From contig NC_090380.1 of the NCBI RefSeq assembly GCF_036365525.1, positions 72,343,757-72,407,756 on the forward strand: a stretch of DNA of 64,000 nt, written 5' to 3'. A program made the position numbers and the translations under genes. Positions within the stretch are counted from its first letter, which is position 1. Each line of letters opens with the position of its first letter. The notes below the pieces were generated by a model, which saw only the letters and a list, made by a program, of their open reading frames with translations, was not told the origin of the DNA and did not search any database. The stretch comes from Heterodontus francisci (lineage: Eukaryota). Shown piece by piece: positions 39,853-50,799 of the stretch.

Positions 39853-40101
39853 TGTGATGAGAAACTTTTTATGCAACATAAATGAGATGCGTGGAGTCCA
39901 GGTTGGTAAAGATCTCAGACAGATTTATTAAACAGCTAAACTATTATACAGTACTGAGCTCACTATTTACAGGATCTGCCTATTGGTGTTACAGTTACAG
40001 AGTGAGATTGGCATGTAGTCACATGACTGCATCCTGGCACGTAGCTCATTAGCATACTAAGATCTTAAAGGGAAATCACTCTTAAAGGTAATCACACAAC
40101 A
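39853..40101 (-). repeat. 3' LTR of myc-carrying element, copy 1
   Basis: 249-bp direct repeat of 42676-42914; AATAAA on the minus strand; abuts the PPT at 40102-40114. Confidence 0.9.
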
Positions 40102-40237
40102 TCCCCCTTCTTTCCAAAGATCAGTTTCATATGCTAAAAGCAAAAATGTATGAAATGAGATAACATCAAAATTATTTACACATGGATAAAGATTATGAAC
40201 TTTACCAATATAGAGGCTCAAAAGTTCATATATCATC

Positions 40238-40700
40238 TCAGTGATTTGACAACTCTTGCTCGGGGAATTTGTGTCTCATCCCTTGCTGTACTTTCTGAAA
40301 TTGCTTCCTCCCTGCATTTGGCTTCTGTTGCTCTGCCTTCAGGCTGCTAATATACTGTGTTGCTTTTCTGAAGATGACCACCTTTGCGGCCTTGGAAAGC
40401 TCTGGCACCTCATCTCGAAGAGCTAACCAACAGTTCTCCAACTCATTCCTCCTCTGCCTCTTCAGGGCATTGCGTGTCCTTCACCTCTCCTCATCCTCCG
40501 GGTCTGAGGGCTTGGGGCTCAAGGTCGAGGAATTGTTGGGGGAGGTGTATTTGGTCTCATGGTGGTACCTGTCTGTTCTGGCTTGTTGTGGTGGTTCTCT
40601 AGAGAGTAGAAGTGAAGGCGCAGCATAGTTGTGCTCTTGCTGGATTTCCAGACTGCACTGTTTGATGCTGGTCAGAGTCTGCGAGCGGGTTTCAGTCCTA
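40238..40700 (-). pseudogene. myc: Myc-family C-terminal fragment (Myc box IV + bHLH-LZ) inside the LTR element
   Basis: Translates IKQCSLEIQQEHNYAAPS...[65 protein letters not shown]...; compare c-Myc HQHNYAAP...[44 protein letters not shown]. Paralogue not resolved. Confidence 0.9.
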
Positions 40701-41936
40701 TTTCCCTTTGGCAATGCTCTCGTGGATGGTTATGATGTTGAGATCCTTACATACTGGTAGCCCTGCCACTGTTGGTCCGCTCGTGTCTACCAGGTAGAAC
40801 GTTTGTGGTTTCCATGCTGACTTGCCATAGCTGCATTGCATTGTTAGAGTGTCACTGCAAGGGATGGGTGAGCCATTGTATACAGATAATTTTGCAGTTG
40901 TTGGTTTTATCATTGTCTTCTAACGACTCCGATACATATATTTGAGGATTCATACTGGTAGAATATTTGCACTAGCGCCCATGTCAATCTTGACCTTGAG
41001 TGTATGTTTGCCAGCTTTCTTTAGGCCCTTGATGTTGATAGTGGCAAAAGCTTCCAGTTGTTTTGACTTCATCAACGTGATGTGTCAGGTTCACAATGTG
41101 GAATGCTTGTTCATCTTCTGTCTGAGAACGGCTTCTCTCTGGGTCTTGTCTCAGGTCTGTTTTGCCATGGATTTCATGTATTGGCTTGCGTTTACGCCAT
41201 TCTCTGGCACTTAACGTGTTACTGTTGCCCTGTTGTCTGTTTGTTTGCATCCGATCGTCTCTTCAGGCTGCATCTTTGGAGATAGAATTCCTGCATATGT
41301 GGGCCAGTGTCCTTTTGCACTGCACACCTTGCACAAGTCACGAAATGTAGGACAGCTTCACCGTGAGTGGGACAGAACGCACTTACCACACAGGTGGCTG
41401 CTCTTTTTGACCTGGTTATTGTTCTGATACCGTTGGCTGCACTTATTGCTTGCAGGTGCTGTTGTCCAGCTACAATGGCTTCGCATTTCCTGCCATCTTC
41501 CAGCAGTGCATGAATGCCGTGACCTTTCTTTTTCCCCCGAAAGGTCTTTCTGAAATGCTCCATTATTCGGTCTGACAGCTCAGCTTCTGAGAAATCACAT
41601 TCGTTGCTCTTACTACAGCATCTGCTGATGAACTGGTCAATTGATTCCCGTGGCTGTTGCCTGTAGGACATCAGTTCCAGGCGGTGAATTCTAAAATTCA
41701 GTCTCAATCGGAGCTGAACTTCCAGCACTTTCCATATCTTTGCAGGATCTTTCTGGTCCTGTTCAGATAATCCAGAGGTATTGATTCTGTGCAATCCTTC
41801 ATTTCCAATCAGCCTGTTTTTCTGGTTCTCTAATTACTTGGTCTGTAAAGCATAATTGCATTCTTTGTTTGAACAATGGGAACTCAGGTAGGATATCCAT
41901 GACCTTTCAGTTCATGCTGGGAAGTTTGGTATCCAT
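40700..41936 (-). pseudogene. Degenerate Gypsy-type gag + aspartic protease, copy 1
   Basis: MDTKLPSMN..LFKQRMQLCF; FRIHRLELMSYRQQPRESIDQFISRC..K..ECDF; knuckle CKVCSAKGHW; protease ID(M)GAS.NILP...YNGSPI...FYLVD. Confidence 0.8.
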
Positions 41937-42660
41937 TTTCCTGCTGTTCGGTTACTTTAAAACATGCTTTAAGACTTTGCTTTATGACTTGCTTTATACT
42001 GCTTTCCCTTTCAAGGAACTCTCGGCTGCTTTGATTGACAGCAGCAGGTGTTTAGCAGTGCTTGTCTGTTTATCTAGCTTCCAACCTCTAGTCTGGCTGT
42101 TTATGCAGCTGTGCAATAGGCACTTCAAGTGCTTTTTAAAAAAGGGTTTGTTTATACAGCCGTTCAAGAGGCAATTCTTTGTGCTTGAGTGGTTTTAATG
42201 TTTTTTAAACTGTGACTGCTGAATGGAAGTTCTTCACGCTAGAGTGATTTAATGGTTTGTTTTTAGCTTTAGCACCGAACTGCTTGAATGGAGGATTCCC
42301 ACGCTTTCATTGTTGGGCGCCTCCTGTAATGGTGGTGATCTGATCAGCCTGGGGGAGGAATCGGGTCTTCCCCACTTTTCTTCTCCTACTGAACCTTTGA
42401 AAAGAATTGATTTTTTTTCCCAAGCACTTCGCAGCTTGTTTTTCTTTAACTGGGGTTCCTATAATGACGGCACACTGACTCACCTGCTCACAGTGACTGA
42501 TTTGCAGCGTGTCATTTAGCTCTGTCTTCTACAGCTGGAGGTGAGTTTTCTTATCTTGTTTACACTGTTTGGGGCAGTGTTCCTTTTAACTTTCTTTTAG
42601 CTGTCGGTAGTTTTTAAAGCTATTTTCCTGTGTTCTTCAATCTTGGATTCTGTCTTCTCA

Positions 42661-42675
42661 CCACGGCTGCCACCA
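42661..42675 (-). promoter_or_regulatory. Primer-binding site complementary to tRNA-Leu
   Basis: TGGTGGCAGCCGTGG directly after the LTR, versus TGGTGGCAGCGGTGG expected from the vertebrate tRNA-Leu(AAG/TAG) 3' end; copy 2 has TGGTGGCAGCTGTGG (51515-51529). Confidence 0.8.
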
Positions 42676-42914
42676 TGTAATGAGAAGCTTTTTATGTTGT
42701 CTGATGCAACATAAATGAGATGCATGGAGTCCAGGTTGTTGAAGCTCTCAACAGGTTTATTAAACAGCTAAACTATTATACAGTGCAGAGCTCACTATTT
42801 ACAGGACCTGCATCTTGGTGTTACAGTTAGAGTGAGACTGGCATGTAGTCACATTAGCTCATTAGCATACTAAGATCTTAAAGGGACATCATCCTTAAAG
42901 GCAATTACACAACA
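42676..42914 (-). repeat. 5' LTR of myc-carrying element, copy 1
   Basis: Direct repeat of 39853-40101; about 19 substitutions plus 3 indels by manual alignment. Confidence 0.9.
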
Positions 42915-45415
42915 TTCTGATAGAACACACATTCACTGCTCTGTTTGCTATGAGCTTGGGCACACGCCACTAAAGAAAAGCAGTCCTGTAATGTTCTGAG
43001 TGGTGCATCTTTTTTTTATGGATAAATATATAAATGAGCAGCAGGCTTCCATATAAAGCTCCCTCTTCTCAAAATAATCCTTTTGGTATTTGCGCTTGGC
43101 CTGCTGACAATTGGCAGTTCTGCAGCCTCAGCGAGCTTATATAAGTTGCATACCATAAAGCGTTTATATTGAAACAATAACTTAATTTTAATGTAGAGCT
43201 TCCCTTACATTAGACTGACTAAAGAGTACACTTTTCAATATCCAAGTTGATTATCATTAACAATGCAGTGAATTTGGAAAATTAATAGTGACGTGTTGAA
43301 TTTGAGAGCATTCCTTTAGGTTCCAATTTCAGCATCCTTCATATCAGCAATGGCAAGGATGGGTTTCTCTTGATAAATGAGCTCTGTAGCACTTTGTTCA
43401 CAATGAGATTAAAGTTATTCAATTCACCCATCCAAAAATAGTGCCATCACTCCTGCTACCTGCTGCTGCCACCATTGGAGGTATCAGCAGAGCTTTTAAT
43501 TGGTTTTTGGCTCACAAGTCAGATTTTGAAATGTGCTGGACCTTATCCTCAAACTCTGTCTATTCAGCTTGAGGCTCTGACTAGGTTCTCGGGTCTACAG
43601 TCAGTTGTGCCAGTGCTCAAAATTAATTACTCTATTCACGCCAACTTTGAACAGATGGTCTGATTAAAAATAAAGTGTGCAAATGAGCCATCTTATTCTA
43701 ATGAGCTTTTACATTTCATCAATCTTTAGCAGGCTTCAGAAGTTTTACACAAATATTATTTTGTTCTCAGTTTTTGAACCTTGTCAACTGGTGAAGATTG
43801 TCAGGGGGTTGGGCTGGATCCTTTTGAAGATTCATAACATGCATATTTTCTAACCTACAACATTTTTAAAATGGATTTTCGATAATTTTTTAATGCAGAT
43901 TATTAAGTTTAAAGACTGAAGTGATATTCTTTTTGCAGCATCTCTGAATATAAAAGATACACATTATCTGAAGAATTACCACTTTGTGACTGAACGTCCT
44001 GCTCTTCCCCTCTCCCCCTTGACATATGCCTCTCACAATCTCAATGCATTATTAGTTGAGAATTTTGAGAAAGTCCCAAAATTTTCAAAGGAAAGTTATA
44101 TTCCATGAGCCCTAGAAATATTATTATTGATGCAAATCACTTGCATCTCCTCCTCTATGTATGATTTTTCAAGTAAGAATTTTGCCCCGCATATCACAGA
44201 TTACCGCCTAGCACAGTAAGGACTTGTTTAATGGAACGAGTGGCTCGCTGTGTAAATTGGATGGAATCATAGGCCCTTTGTTGTTCCATATTTTTATATT
44301 CTTTATCTGTTTCATTCATTTTGTTCTCTTGTGGCTGTAAAACACCAAGGAACATTTTATGTATTAAAGGCTCTTTATAAATGCAAATTGCTGTTCTTCT
44401 GGCTTGTATGAAAACATCATGGGGTTGCAATTGTACAATACCATGAATAATACTGACTTGCATTGGGCACAGGGAATGATTCCTGCAGCAGAATGGGTCA
44501 GCCCAAGGCTCTTAAGTTAGACTGGTGAGCGGCAGATGCCTGCTATGTCTCCCGAGGCAGCCGCTGGCAAGATGCATTTAAACAATTTTTTGGTTTTTAA
44601 TATATAATTTATTTATAAATTTTGTAAAAGTACAGAACAGTTCAAATGTGACATTACATAAAGTGGTTCACGTATTTTGCTTTCACAACAATTTGCATTT
44701 ACGCTTCATTTCAAACATTCACTGATGAATATGACTGTCAAGCAGGCCCCCACCTGCCAAGAATGAGGCATATTAATTTTGTCATATGAACATTGATTTT
44801 ACATTGTTGCTGGGAAGAGGAGAAGGCCTGTGACAAGAGCTGCCAGACACTTGGCTGAAAAACATTTGCATACTAACAGACAGTGTTTGTGGAGACAAAG
44901 GACCATTCCCTGACACATTCAACCCACAATGGATTTTGATCACCAGACCTTGGAGGTGTAAGGAAGGGCATTCCAAAGATTGCTAAGGTGATACAATCCA
45001 CAAAAGCCAGGAGTGGTTAAACCAGCTGGTCACATGACTAACTGACTGGTCCAGAACTTTTTTGAACTGGCCACAGAGTTTTTGAACTGAATAAGACTGT
45101 TAGCTGCTGGAGTGAGAAGACCTCTCCTGTCTGCTCCCATCTCTTTCTCACAAGCCTCTGAACCCACTGAGGACACATGAACTTCAAGAGAGAAGAGTCT
45201 CCTACATCGAACAAGGTTTAAGAAGAATACTGGGCCCCAACCAAAAGCAAGGCCGACCTACAATCAAGGACGTTACTGCGAACTGAAAGAACAGTAACCA
45301 AAACCATCTTCAGATATTGCCTCAAACTTTTCCACTTTATTTCGTCTGCTCTTTTCTGTCTCTTTCTGCATGTGCGTATCGCATATGCATGCTAGCGTCG
45401 GCGTGTCGCACATCC

Positions 45416-45628
45416 TCAGAGAGTTGCGGAGGCTAGATCACTAAATATATTTAAGGAAGAGGTAGATAGATTTTTGAAATCTTGGGAGTCGAGGGTTAAT
45501 GGGAGCTGGCCCGAAAGAGGAGTTGAGGCCTGGGACAGATCAGCCATGATCTTAATGAATGGTGGGGCAGGCTTGAGGGGCTGAATGGCCTACTCCTGCT
45601 CCTATTTCTTATGTTCTTATGTTCTTAA
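45416..45628 (+). mobile_element. CR1 3' end fragment inside the 5' LTR
   Basis: Absent from the 3' LTR copy; ends cctatttcttatgttcttatgttc. Confidence 0.75.
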
Positions 45629-46022
45629 CCATAGGTGTTAACTGAATTAGAGTTTAAGTTTAATAAAGTTCAACCATTTTTCTTTAAACCTAAGAAAACC
45701 TGTTTGACTAGTTTCTTTGCCTTATAATTGGAAGTTAGTGAACAAGGATTCACTAAGGGGGGAGTTAAAAAAAACAGTGTGTGTAAAATTATACCCTGTT
45801 AGGGTACGACCAGGTGAAGGCTGAGAGGGAACCCCAGACCCCTTTCTCACCAGGTCGTAACAGAAACTTGGGGCTACCGTCCTGGATTTTACCCACAGAC
45901 AAACGAGAAAAATTGGAAGTGGGAAGCCAAATTGTTCCCAATCAAAAAGAGCAATATTTCAATACAGGTTTTCTTGTGGTTGTGTGTGATTGAATACTAA
46001 CATTTCTGCAACTGACATTTCA

Positions 46023-46366
46023 GGGCGGCACAGTGGCGCAGTGGTTAGCACCACAGCCTCACAGCTCCAGCGACCCGGGTTCAATTCTGGGTACTGCCTG
46101 TGTGGAGTTTGCAAGTTCTCCCTGTGTCTGCGTGGATTTTCTCTGAGTGCTCCGGTTTCCTCCCACAAGCCAAAAGACTTGCAGGTTGGTAGGTAAATTG
46201 GCCATTATAAATTGCCCCTAGTATAGGTAGGTGATAGGGACAGGTGGGGATATGGTAGGAATATGGGATTAGTGTAGGATTAGTATAAATGGGTGGTTGA
46301 TGGTCGGCACAGACTCGGCGGGCCGAAGGGCCTGTTTCAGTGCTGTATCTCTAAACTAAACTAAAA
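46023..46366 (+). mobile_element. HE1-like V-SINE
   Basis: Homologous to 5665-5998; (ctaaa)n tail. Confidence 0.88.
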
Positions 46367-47115
46367 ACTGAAGCTAGTAGCTCCCGAAGACAGGGTGAAG
46401 TAACTTGGGATAAGTTAAAAGCACTGTCCATGGAGGAGTTGAGGAAAATGGCTGAACAGTGTGGGATCACTGTACGTGGCAAGGCTAAGAAGTCTGAATT
46501 CCTAAGGCTAGTGGCCAACCATTTTTCCCTTGAATATGAAGAAGCAGAAATAGGGTTAGAAGTAGACTCCAACAGGGTATTGCTAGCAAAGATACAATTG
46601 GAACAGAGGAAACTTGAATTAGAAGACATGGAAAGAGAAAGAGAGAGACAGGAGAGAGAGAAAAAAAGAGCCTTCCAGAAGGAACACGAAGACAAAAGAG
46701 AGGCAGGAGAAAGAGAGAGAGAGTACCTTCCAGAACGAATGAGAAGAAAGAGAGCTGAAGCGGCTTGAGTTAACTAGGGGGCGACAGAGTACCCCCAGTG
46801 AAAGCATGGCCAAGAAGGAGAAGCATAATTCAGGGTTGTGTACAGAATTGTTAAAACTATCTCAATGTTAAAACTAAAATTTAATGAGGAAGATGTGGAA
46901 GAATTTTTTTGTGTCTTTTGAGAAACTGGCAAGGCAGCTAAAATGCCAGCCTGAGACCTGGCCTCGTTGATTCTAAAGCAAGCTAACCAGAAAAACCCAT
47001 GAGGTTTATACACTGTTTTCAGGTGAGAGTTCATCATATTATGAACTGACAAAAAATGCTATCCTCGGGGCATATGAATTAGTACTTGAAGCCTATCGCC
47101 AAAAGTTTAGAACCT

Positions 47116-47822
47116 TTAGGAACATAGGAAGATAGGAACAGGAGTAGGCCATTCAGCCCCTCGAGCCTTTCCCGCCATTCAATGAGATCATGGCTGATCC
47201 GTGGCCGAACTCCATATACCTGCCTTTGGCCCATATCCCCTAATATTTTTGCTTAACAAAAATCTATCTATCTCAGATTTAAAATTAACAACTGTTCTAG
47301 CTTCAACTACTGTTTGTGGGAGAGAGTTCCAAACCTCTACCACCCTTTGCATGAAGAAGTGCTTCCTAACATCTCTCCTGAATGGTCTGGCCCTAATTTT
47401 TAGACTATGCCCCTAGTTTTAGAATCACCAACCAGTGGAAATAGTTTATCTTTATCTAGCCTGTTTTCTCCTGTTAATATCTTGAAGACTTCGATCAGAT
47501 CACCCCTTAACCTTCTAAATTCTAGCAAAAACAGGCCTAATTTGTGTAATCTCACCTTGTAACTTAACCCCTGTAGTCCAGGTATCATTCTTGTAAACCT
47601 ACATTGTACTCCCTCCAAGGCCAATATACCCTTCCTAAGGTGTGGTGCCCAGAACTGCTCACAGTACTCCAAGTGGGGTCTAACCAGGGTTTTGTACAGC
47701 TGCAGCATAACCTCTGTGTCTTTATACTCCAATCCTCTAGATATAAAGGCTAGCATTCCATTAGCCTTTTTGATTATTTTCTGCACTTGCTCATGGCATT
47801 TTAAAGATCTATGCACCTGAAC
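47116..47822 (-). mobile_element. CR1 3' fragment interrupting the Gypsy gag
   Basis: ORF 47400-47843 KKANGMLAFI..LEYC..FW; gag reading resumes afterwards (KKQANQSYLEF). Confidence 0.85.
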
Positions 47823-49112
47823 CCCAAGAAGCAAGCTAATCAAAGTTATCTGGAGTTTGAAAGAAATAAGCAGCTGGCTTTTGACCAGTGGCTGAGGGCT
47901 CTTAAATTACAGCTCAGCTATGAGAATCTCACGGAAGTAATTCTGTTAGAGGAATTTAAACACTCACCAAAAGCAAGACCTACTTACAATCAATGACTTT
48001 ACAGCGAGCATGAAGAACAGTAACTAAAACCATCTTCAGATAGAGTCTCAAATTTTCCACTTTATTTCTTCTGCTCTTTTTGTCTCTAGCTGCATGTGTG
48101 TATCGTGTATGCATGCTAGCTTGGGTGCGTCACGTATTCGTAGGCGTTAACCGAATTAGAGTTTATGTTCTTTTTTCTTTAAACTTAAGAAAACCTGTTT
48201 GGCTAGTTTCTTTGCCTTATAATTGGAAGTTAGGGGACGAGGATTTGCTAAGGGGGAGCTAAAAAAAGTGTGTTTAAAATTAAACCCTGTTACGGTAAGA
48301 TCAGGTGAAGGCTGAGAGGGAACCCTCGACCCCTTTCTCCTCTGGTCATAACAATGACCCAAGGGGTTTTACACAGGTTCTAACCCCTCACTGTGCTATG
48401 GCTGGTGAGGTGGATTTAAACAGTTAAATCTTTGATTTGATTGTGGCAAACAAGTATGTAACAGTAAGATTTCTGGTAAGGGGCACGGGCACCAGGAAAC
48501 ACCAAATTTCTTGGCCTCACAATGGCATGGATCAGCAACCGGCAAGGTCCTGTCATACTATATGAGGATATCCTTGATCTTCTTCTTGGAAGCTTCTTCT
48601 ACATATTTCTGGTGGTATGCCACCAAAGCTTTAGAAATGGATTGATGAACAGCATAGATTTGAGCTACATGAGCACTGCCCTTCACACAAACTCCAATGT
48701 CGACTCAAGGATCGGTGGATTTAAACAATCTTGCTGGAGGGGAAGGTGATTGGGAGAGCGCTAACTGTAGGCCCGCAGTGCTATGTAATGAGTTCTTTTC
48801 TGTTGTCTGATGCAATATAAATGAAATGCATGGAGCCCAGCTGAAGATCTCAAACAGGTTTATTTACAGCTAGCCTATCTTACAGTACAGAGCTAACTAT
48901 TTACAGAACCTTACTCTGGGTGTTACAGTTGCAGAGTAACTCTGGCTTGTAGTCACATGATTACTTATTAGCACACTAAAGGGACATCACTCTTAAAGGC
49001 AATCATACAACATCCTCCTTCTTTCCAAAGATAAGTCTCATATGCTAAAACTAAAAATACATAAAATTAGATAACACCAAAATTATTTACATAGGTATAG
49101 ATATTGTGAAAT

Positions 49113-49640
49113 TTACAAATATAGAGGCTCAAAAGTGCATATATCATTTTGGTGCTTTGACAACTTTTGCTCAGAGAATCTGCATCTCATCTGTTGCTGT
49201 TCTTTCTGAAGTTTCTCCCTCTCTGCATTCAGTTTCTGTTGCTCTGCCTTCAGCCTGCTAACATACCCTGTTGTTTTCTTAAGATAACTATTTTTGAGGC
49301 TTCCTCATTCTTGGAGAGTTCTGGCACCTCATCTCAAAGAGCCAACAGATAATACTTCAACACATTCCTCCTCTGTGTCTTTAGGACATTGTGTGTCCTT
49401 CGCCTTTACTCATCCGCCTGGTCTGAAGGCCTGGGGCTCAGGGTGAAGGACTTGTTGGGGGAGGAGTACTTGGTCTCATGGAGGTACCTGTCTGTTCTGG
49501 CTCGTTGTGGTGCTGGCGGTTCTCTCGAGAGCAGAAGTGAAGGCACGGCATAGTTCTGCTGTTGGTGGGTTTCCAGACTGCACTGTTTGATGTTGATCAG
49601 AGTCTGCGAGTGGGTTCTGGTCCTTGGAGATTTCCCCTTG
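49113..49640 (-). pseudogene. myc: Myc-family C-terminal fragment (Myc box IV + bHLH-LZ), copy 2
   Basis: IKQCSLETHQQQNYAVPS...[53 protein letters not shown](fs)TGYVSRLKAEQQKLNAEREKLQKEQQQM. Confidence 0.9.
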
Positions 49641-50799
49641 GCAATGCTCTCATGGATAGTTATGATGTTGAGGTCCTTACACGCTGGTAGTCCTGCCACC
49701 GCTGCTCCGCTCATGTCTACTAGGTAGAATACTTGTGGTTTCCATACTGACTTGCCATAGCTGCATTGCATTGTTAGAGTGTCACTGCAAGAGATGGGTG
49801 ACCCATTGTATGCAGATAACTTTGCATTTGTTGGTTGTATCATTGATTTCCAACAACTCTGGTACTTATCCTTCAGGATTCGGACTGGTAGGATATTTGC
49901 ACTAACGCCAGTGTCATTCTTGACCCTTACTGTACGTTTGCCAGTTTTCTTCGGGCACGTGATGTTAATGATAGCAAGCTTCCATCAGCGTGTATTAGCT
50001 TGCATTTCCGCAGGTCTCTGGCGCTTTCCTTGCTGCTGTTGCCCTCTGCTGCCCCTGCCTTCTGTTTGTCTGTGTCGTGCTGCAGCTTCAGGCCGTGTCT
50101 TTGGAGACAGATTTCTTGCATAGGCGGGCCCAGTGTCCTTTTGCACTGCATGCCTTGCACAGGTCACGAAATGCAGGGCAATTTTGCCATGAGTGGGACA
50201 GACCCAGACCACACTTAGCACACAGCTTGCTTGCTCATCTTGACCTGGTTATGGTGCAGATACTGTTGACTGCATCTAGTGTTTGCAGGTGCTGTTGTCC
50301 AGCTACAATGGCTTCATACTTCCTGCCATCTTCCAGCAGCACATCATTGCTGTGACCTTTCTTTTTCCCCCAAAAGGTTTATCAGAAACACTTCAGTGGG
50401 CGTCGATACAGTCACTAGCTCCATTATTCTATCTGACAACTCAGTTTCTGAGAAGTCACATTTGTTGCCCTTACTACTGCATTTACTGATGAACTGGTCT
50501 ATTCATTCCTGTGGCTGTTGCCTGTAGGACATCAATTCCAGGTGGTGATTTCTAAAATTCACTCGTTATCGGAGCTGATCTTCCTGCACTTTCCATATTT
50601 GGTCTTCGTCAGGTATTCCAGAGGTGCTGACTCTGTGTAATTTCACATTTTCAACTGCTATCAGAATTTTTACAGCCTGTTTTTCTGGTTCTGCAATCAC
50701 TTGGTTTGTAAAGCGTAACTGAATTCTTTATTTGAACAACTGGAACTCAGATGGGTTATCAATGACCTTCCAGTTCATGCTGGGAAATTTGGTATCCAT
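49640..50799 (-). pseudogene. Degenerate gag + aspartic protease, copy 2
   Basis: Collinear with copy 1; CX2CX4HX4C knuckle near 50118-50159; DTG catalytic motif. Confidence 0.8.

Larger units (their letters stand above)
39853..42914 (-). mobile_element. Non-autonomous Ty3/Gypsy-type LTR retrotransposon carrying gag-protease and a captured myc bHLH-LZ (copy 1)
   Basis: LTRs 42676-42914 (5') and 39853-40101 (3') with TG..CA ends; PBS TGGTGGCAGCCGTGG; PPT GAAAGAAGGGGGA; flanks GTCTG/TTCTG (4/5 TSD); gag from ATG 41936, protease KIDMGASANILP (D-M-G at 40977-40985), then Myc; no RT/integrase. Confidence 0.9.
44736..48353 (+). mobile_element. Internally deleted Gmr1-like Ty3/Gypsy LTR retrotransposon (SCAN-like gag)
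   Basis: Perfect 5-bp TSD ATGAC (44731-44735 / 48354-48358); 5' LTR 44736-45862; partial 3' LTR ~47966-48353; tRNA-Pro-like PBS at 45869; gag FFVSFEKLA..KNAILGAYELVLEAYRQKFR..EVILLEEFK. Confidence 0.8.

Noticed and set aside
40238-40714. A genuine host myc gene or ordinary processed pseudogene
   Set aside because: No upstream exon with MBI/MBII, no polyA or TSD of its own, and both copies sit at the same position between protease and PPT inside LTRs
39853-42914. True endogenous retrovirus
   Set aside because: No env or RT; gag and protease motifs and short LTRs look Ty3/Gypsy-like. Classification stays provisional without RT
46619-46760. E/R/K-rich purine tract as a separate feature
   Set aside because: It is the coiled-coil region of the Gypsy gag
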